Source: Saccostrea echinata
Lineage: Eukaryota
Direction of reading: 5' to 3'
Length of the DNA: 64,000 nucleotides
Assembly: GCF_033153115.1 (NCBI RefSeq)
Contig: NW_026889810.1
Span: 1,984,001-2,048,000, forward strand
Below are positions 57,305 to 64,000 of this stretch, one piece after another. The notes under the pieces were generated by a model. That model saw only the letters and a list, made by a program, of their open reading frames with translations, had not been told where the DNA came from and searched no databases. The position numbers were made by a program, and so were the translations under genes. Within the stretch, counting starts at the first letter, position 1. Every line of letters starts with the position of its first letter.

Positions 57305-60300
57305 CAGCCATTCTCCAGAAATGGTTCCAAATATGTAAAAATGGTGTCGCTTGCATTTAATACAAAATTATTTTTTCCTACTTAATGTAAATTACTGAAA
57401 CTTTACTCAAAATATGTCTACAACAAAATTAAAAAAATTAGGTACCAATTATTATGCATTTGAAGTGTTAGATTATGTCCAAATATTCCTATGAAAAATA
57501 GTTTTGTTCGTTTCTCAGCATGTCGTAAGTGCATATTCCAATTTTAATACTCTACTGAGTGGCATATACTTGAAGAAATAGACAATTAAAACTTAGTCTT
57601 TATTTTAACATCACAAAACCTGTTTTCTCAGTAAGACACAATCAGAAATCAAACATTCTTCCTTCATTTACCCCGATTTATATATTGTCGCTGAAACAGG
57701 CCTGATTTCCGTAACGCGTGATTGATTTGAAAGGAAGTGATTGTATTCAAACGAATATCTATGGATAGTATCGTAATAAAAAGTAAAAGGCACACTAGAA
57801 GAAAAATATATACCTCTGAAAGTCGGAAATGTATGGGGTTTTTTAAATTTTTGGTTAAAAAATGAATATTGAGTTTGACGCATTTTAAAGCCTGACTTCC
57901 GTAACGCCATTTTCAACCAAATTAATGACATTTGGCAAACTTATTCTTTATGTTTTTGAAGAATACAATGATCCAATGCTACATACGCTTATCTACAGAA
58001 AATGACGATGATAACGTGGTAAATAGAGAGGGAAAACAACTAAAAATCCTGATCGGCGTAACGTATGACATCCGTAACAATGTTTTCAAACAAAAATTAT
58101 CGGGTTCGGCTTTCCATTATTGACATAAAGAGTGTTCAGTGAAGTAGAACACGAGTTAGCATATGACGAAATTTTGAAATTACCGAACTTAAGCGATTAT
58201 TGTATGAAGCAAAGCGTATATTTGAGAAAAATATGACAAGGGTGCGTTAAAATGTTGAATAAATACGAATGGATATGTGTGGAATTGTCTGATTTAGTGT
58301 ATACTCATTTACAAGAAGTATATCTGCTGTAGACTAAAGCCATTTCACCTAAGTCAATTAATCATTTGACCTTATTTTTAGAAATTTTCTGTAGCGTTAC
58401 GCATGTCAGGGGGAAAAAAATCAGATTTCATACCTATACTTTCTAGTGCTTATAAAGTGTTTTCTAAATTTTATTATTCATTCTTATGTTCTAAAATCTA
58501 AAAAGTGATAATTATTACTGCGTATTATGCTTTGGATGTTTTATTCCATTGATATATTCGAACACCAAACTTATTGATTTACACAATATGTGATCAGATA
58601 TTTGTGTATCAGACATATTTGAAAAAAAATTACCATATGAACAAAATTTATTTGGCACTTTGAAATATTGTATTGATATGCACATATGAAAATTGTATTG
58701 TGTACAGATTAAATTATTTGTTTAATACTGTCTGGTAACAAATTTATTCTAAATAGTATTGGTTACGGATATCAGGTTTTATGAGACCTGACACCCATAA
58801 CGAATCTTACTTAGAATAAATGACTTCTCTTAAGAAAAAAAATATTTAATTTAGCTTATACCAATGCATAATTATATGCATTATTTACAGAATGCTATTA
58901 ACAAATGCAGAAAGACAGAAAAGATGGAGAGAAAGAAAAGTGAAAATATATGAGTGTATTCAGTAAACGAGTGAGAGAGAAAACGGAAGGCTTACATAAG
59001 TGTTTTAGAGTTAAATCAAAGGGAATTGAAGAAAAGAAAGAAAAAGTCAGGTAAAGAGCTTGAATGAAAGTCCTATTATAGATGCAAGCAAAGAAAAGCA
59101 GAAGAGGTGGTAGGGAGTTCTAGAATGAAGTCACAGTGAAACTATCTAGGAAAAAGCCACGCCAGGGGAACGTGATGAGTTAGGAACTAGTGTTAAATGA
59201 GCTACAGTTTATTCTCACTAGTGGTATATTGGAAAAGTTACAGAGAGAGATTATGAAGAGTAGGAGGTTCGGGTGAACTCCATGACCAAAGTGTGCAAAT
59301 ATGAAAAAATATATAAGTAGCCATTTGAAAAAAAAGAGTTAATGGTTCAATCAGCTCATATTTTAATGGTGATAAGCCCCCCCCCCCCTCCCCAATCCCT
59401 CTAGGGAAAATATCCAGTTTTTTTAACTTGAAAAGTTGACTTAGTTGAGAAAACTATAAACAATAAATTTCAAGACTATTGTAAGATATCTTCAGAGTAA
59501 TTATTTGCAAGAGGAGACTTTCTGACATCCGTAACAGAGTTGTGAGACATATAGAAGCTTTCAATTTTCAAAAATATACTATATATTATTATCTTTTGAA
59601 CTTACAAAATTGTAGACTGGAGATCTATCAGGGCATGTAATTTTTGTACATTTCTTCACTTTTTTTTTGACAAATAAACCAGAATTCTACATTTTTTAAA
59701 TTCATTTAATTGCTGTTTACTGACAAGAATTCGCTCTTTTTCAAGTTCAAATTACATTAAGTAATCAATAATTTCTATGACGTATAATCTATATTTCATT
59801 TTTTCCCCCTACTATTCAGTTGAAAAATGTATTTGAAGCTTATACTCCTAGAAAATGTTCACATGCTGACATCCGTAACTTTTATGGTCTTTATTTTTGA
59901 AGATCTCTCAACTTAAATTTGTGAATTGAAATTTTCTTAACTTCTCTGCATAAGTGTTTCATGAATTTGGTTTTTTATTTAAAATATCTGAATATAAGAT
60001 ATTCTTCATAGTTTGCTTTCAAATTTGAATGAAAGTTAATACATAGTTGTCTTTTTGGTGTGAAAAATAGGGATTTTGTTGAGACATGAGTATTTTTCCA
60101 AAATATGTGTCTTGAAGTTTAATTCTTAAAGATTTTGACAGAATTAAAATTGGTCTTCAGTAAAATAACAAATAAAGTGCTCTGTGATGTTTATTTTTTG
60201 TGTTTCGGCCGATGATTAGTGGCGTGTATTTACTTCTGACTTCCGTAACATGATTTTAAGTACTGTCTTAAAAATCAATTTTTTCGAAAACGAAGAAACA

Positions 60301-60435
60301 TCCGTGAGTCAAATTTCATATTTATGTCGGTGAATGGTTGTAGTAAAATATTTTAACAATTTGAACACAACAATCAAAAGTTTATTTTTCAACTTTTGCT
60401 ATCCTATTAATGGAACCATTTCTGGAGAATGGCTG
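57305..60435. mobile_element. Non-autonomous/decayed DNA transposon with 25-bp TIRs and a TATA target duplication (superfamily uncertain, possibly Sola-like)
   Basis: TIR CAGCCATTCTCCAGAAATGGTTCCA. Repeated internal TGACA/TTCCGTAAC motif. Relic exon MLLTNAERQKRWRERK at about 58892. Confidence 0.8.
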
Positions 60436-61788
60436 TATAGTTTTTAATATTAATTTTATCTGTTTCTTTTAAATTTGTTCTTGTAAACATATAGCTACTG
60501 GGCAGTGATCCTGAATGAGTAAAGACAATTCATTAAAATTAAAACCTCGACAATTCCATTGTATAAAAGTAGGATGAATCATTTTTATTTATTATGAGAA
60601 ATGGGGGATATTCTCCTTTTATTTTTATTTGGTGAAACGCTTCGGACTCTCGAGGAAGAATGGCATGGTGTTATGTGGAGAGTGACAACCCCTTTGGACA
60701 ACCGATCACTTGACTGTTTTGGGGTATTTTTTTGAGGGAGATTTGTTATGTCTCCCTGGTGATGTTGATTTACCCGCAGCTGCTGGTTTTGATGTAGTCG
60801 TAGCTACAGATTTGGTGCAGCCGCAACTGCAGGGCCTGCAGAAGCAGGTTTTGAAATAGGCTTACTTTTGTCATTAGATGACAAAGGTTCTTTACATGAT
60901 GAAGTCTGTTGAAGAAAGTCTTTCTCAGAGACCTGTGTAGAAGTGTCCTTCAAAGAGGACGATTTTAAAACAGTTGCGTACGTAAAGTTCGTCTCGGAAC
61001 ACTGTACAGGTTAACCAATTTTTTGGCTTCTTGATAAGATTTTTTTTCGACTTTAACTTTTTGTTATTCTCCTTTTTTCACATTGGGCATTGTTTGGAGG
61101 AAGACATGTGCCCACCCTTACAGTTTAGGGATTTGGGGGCGTTTTGACAACCTTTGCCATCATGCCCCTCCTCACCACACCTGAAGCATGCTTCGGAGCC
61201 TTTACAATTGGACTGTCCATGTCCAAATCGCTGACATTTGAAACAACGAGGGGGATTTGGAACGAACATTTCAACTTTCATTTGATAAAGCCCACCTTGT
61301 AGGTAATGTTGGCATACCAAAAGTCACAAGGTAGGTATATGTCGGTTCTATGTTATCATTCCGCTTTTTAGTAAACCGTTTCACAGAGACCACTCCCTGG
61401 GACTCCAATTCAGATTGTATTTCCTGTTCAGGAATGTCATCCAGGTCGTGATCCCTGTCGAAAAGAATACCTTTGCTTTGGTTTAATCCACTGTGGGTTT
61501 TACCAATAAAAGGAATATCGGCAAGCATTTTTAAACTTAATAAGGAAGTTGACTGTTTTTTTTGGTGACTTCAATAAGAAGTGACCTTGGGTAATCCAGA
61601 ATTTTTTCTTTTTAAAATTATTTTAAATGTCACTAAAAATGGGTAATCACAATTCTTTGATTACAGTAATAAATCCTACAAAAAGTACAACATATTTTCA
61701 TAACATTTAATCATTTTGTCAATTAGGAATGTCTAACATTATAAAGGTTTGAAGCACATAATTATGTCAATATTTTTTTTTATTTCAG

Positions 61789-64000
61789 GGATGATCGTGA
61801 CAGGAAATTACTGGTATATGAATGTCAGCTCATGGAACTCTTTGCAAATTGTCCCTCCTGTGCACAACCAACTTATGGGGAGATAAAACAACTGAAGGGA
61901 TCCTTCATCTCTATCACTCAAGACTGCAGATTTTGTTTCTACCAGCGGACTTGGAGTAGCCAGCCCCCTGATTGGAAGCATTCCTGCAGGGAATTTTGAA
62001 ATATCCTGTGCCTTGCTATTTTCAGTATCTCTTCCATGCAAAGCAGTCAGAATGTTCAAGTGTTTGAACATGGCTTCCATCTCCTACAGGACATTAATGT
62101 ATCACCAACAGTGCTACCTCCATCCAACAGTGATTGAAGTATGGAGAGACCAACAAGCCTCTTATGTACAAGAAGCACGGGCGTTGTGGCGGCAGTTACA
62201 TTTAGGTGGAGATGGAAGGGCAGATACACCCGGCCATTGTGCTAAATTTGGGAGTTACACTCTTATGGACCTTGAAAAGAATGTGGTGGTGGATCTGCAA
62301 CTTGTACAGGTAAATACAATTATAGGGGAAAAATGTTATTTTAATAGTTTAATGATTATATAAAAATTTGTTCTTTCCCTGTGTTGTAAACTTAAGTGAT
62401 ATTAGAATTGCAATTTTCTTTTAATCCTAAAGAGTAATGAAGTAGGTGGGAGTTGCCTTATGTTTTGTTTGTATGTTGTTTAACGTCCCTCTCGAGAATT
62501 TTTCACTTATATGGAGACGCCACCACTTGCCGGTTGAAAGCTGCAAATTTTGTCCTATACTCGGCACTTACGGCCATTGAGCAGCGAGGGATCTTTTTCG
62601 TGCCAACACCTACTGCGACACGGGACCTCGGTTTATACGGTCTCATCCGAAGGACCGGTATCCACGTCCCACAATGGGATTCGAACCAGCGACGTAAGGA
62701 TCAACACTTTTGCCGCGACTCTAGAGCAGACGCTCTAACCACTGCGCCACGCGGGCGAAGAGTTGCCTGATGGAGAAAGAGGGTTTGATCCGAGGTGTTC
62801 GTTACCTTCAGCAGAATGGGGTACCAATAAGCCAGATAGTGACTGACAGACATCTTCAGGTGCGAAGTGGCTGCATGAGAACCTACCAGATACAACACAT
62901 AGCATTGATGTGTGGCATGTAGCAAAAGGTATGAAAATAGAGCATGTCTTTTTAAATTGGTGGGAGAAAATATTGCACACAAAGTAAAAGCATCACATAT
63001 GCATTTCTTACTGGTTACTTAATTAGTTAGTCAGGGTGAACATGTAAGTAATCATGTTTTCACTTTTAGGTTTTAAGAAGAAGCTGTTGGCCCTCAGCAA
63101 AGAAAAGGATTGCGAGCACCTTAGAGAGTGGATAAAAAGTTTGGTAAACCATTTGTATTGGGTACCCTCCTCAGCACCTGATGTTGAAGACAATGAGTTC
63201 AAATGGGAAGAGTGGACTAGTATAACCAACCATGTCCAGAACATTCATGAAGATCACGGGCAACGTTTTCAACGGTGTGAACATGGGGACCTTGACCCAA
63301 CTGCTAGACAGAAAAGACGGTTGAGACCAGGTAACATTCACATACAGTTTTTTTAAGTTCTATTAATATAGTCATCAATTAAAAAATACACAATATGTAT
63401 GATATCACTATCATTTACTGTAATGGAGAAAAAAACGCATTGGGGGGGGGGGGGGGACTTGGTGCAACGTTTAAAATTAAAAAAAATTAACAAAAAGGAA
63501 TTAACAAAAGAAATTAGCCCAAAAAAAAATGTAAAAACTTGTAAAAATTAACATTTTTTTTTCTTTCAGGAACCAGAGTGATGGAGAAGTTAGAAACCAT
63601 TGTGAGTAGCAGGCAAATGAAGAAGGACATCCCATGCTCTCGTCATCATTTCAGACTTCAAGTGTAGAGGCATTTCAATGTGTCATAAACCAGTTTGCGC
63701 CAAAGATGTACAAATTCTCCTACTTTGGAATGCAAAGTCGGTATGTTGACTTGCGTACTGAACAATACTTTTAATATTTGTTTTTGTACTCAGTGTCATT
63801 ATAGAAAAACAGTGACATACACAAAATAAATACGATCTACAAAATAAATTATAATCTCGTATTGTTTTCAATTATAGCTTGGCCTTAGCAGCACTTCACT
63901 ACAGTGAGAATTCCAGTAAGGATCAGGCAGCCACAAGAGAGGGGAATCTACAATACAGCATTGTATTTCCTAACACAAAAAGGGTGACTACACTGCGACG
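61789..64000 (+). pseudogene. Spliced Kolobok-type DDE transposase, disrupted by a SINE and frameshifts; runs off the window
   Basis: WSSQP....PAGN, GDGRADTPGHCAKFGSY, SNEVGGS..MEKEG, VTDRH, DVWHVAK, NHLYW, TSSVEAF motifs across GT-AG introns. Confidence 0.8.
62463..62759 (-). mobile_element. Full-length tRNA-derived SINE (family 2) inserted in a transposase exon
   Basis: TSD GAGTTGCCT(T/G)ATG. A and B boxes present. Confidence 0.9.

Larger units (their letters stand above)
53640..61590 (-). mobile_element. Decayed non-LTR retrotransposon (I/Nimb-like): ORF1 gag-knuckle (about 61590-60590) and ORF2 APE-RT-RNase H (60580 to about 53640), with two nested insertions
   Basis: PRCFKCQRFGH, CFRCGEEGH; IQWNCRG, GDF.AH, SDHFPI; NYRPI.LTS.LCK.MER, FFDLEK.YD, LYVD; IYTDGSK. 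Many stops and frameshifts. Confidence 0.88.

Overview
AT-rich, intron-containing animal genomic DNA. The SINE and Helentron/satellite repeat types suggest a bivalve, probably an oyster (inference). I found no host gene; the window is a nest of mobile elements dominated by three co-oriented Maverick/Polinton (adintovirus-like) endogenous viruses. (A) Right half, 1-12388: penton, core protein, hexon, adenain protease, Macro domain, an inserted and apparently intact Crypton, RING, PP1 regulator, zinc knuckle, right TIR ending ACTACT. (B) Full-length but mutated, 18661-40272, with AGTAGT...ACTACT TIRs and a 6-bp TGCCTC TSD: pPolB, packaging ATPase, integrase-chromodomain, capsids, protease, accessory genes. 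(C) Decayed right-end remnant, about 42614-47102. The main finding is the accessory module at the right end of these elements. It contains a DP71L/ICP34.5/GADD34-type PP1-recruiting protein encoded as an overprinted ORF on a second conserved gene, an all-Cys RING family, and a swappable slot after the protease. That slot holds a Macro domain in A and C, and in B a CRESS-virus Rep (HUH) domain with its catalytic residues altered. The module looks like an anti-host-defence toolkit. The rest of the window is Zator, EnSpm-like, Kolobok, Helentron-type (HINE/Pearl) satellite carriers, tRNA-derived SINEs and a decayed I/Nimb-type LINE. All assignments come from reading motifs by eye; no database searches were run.
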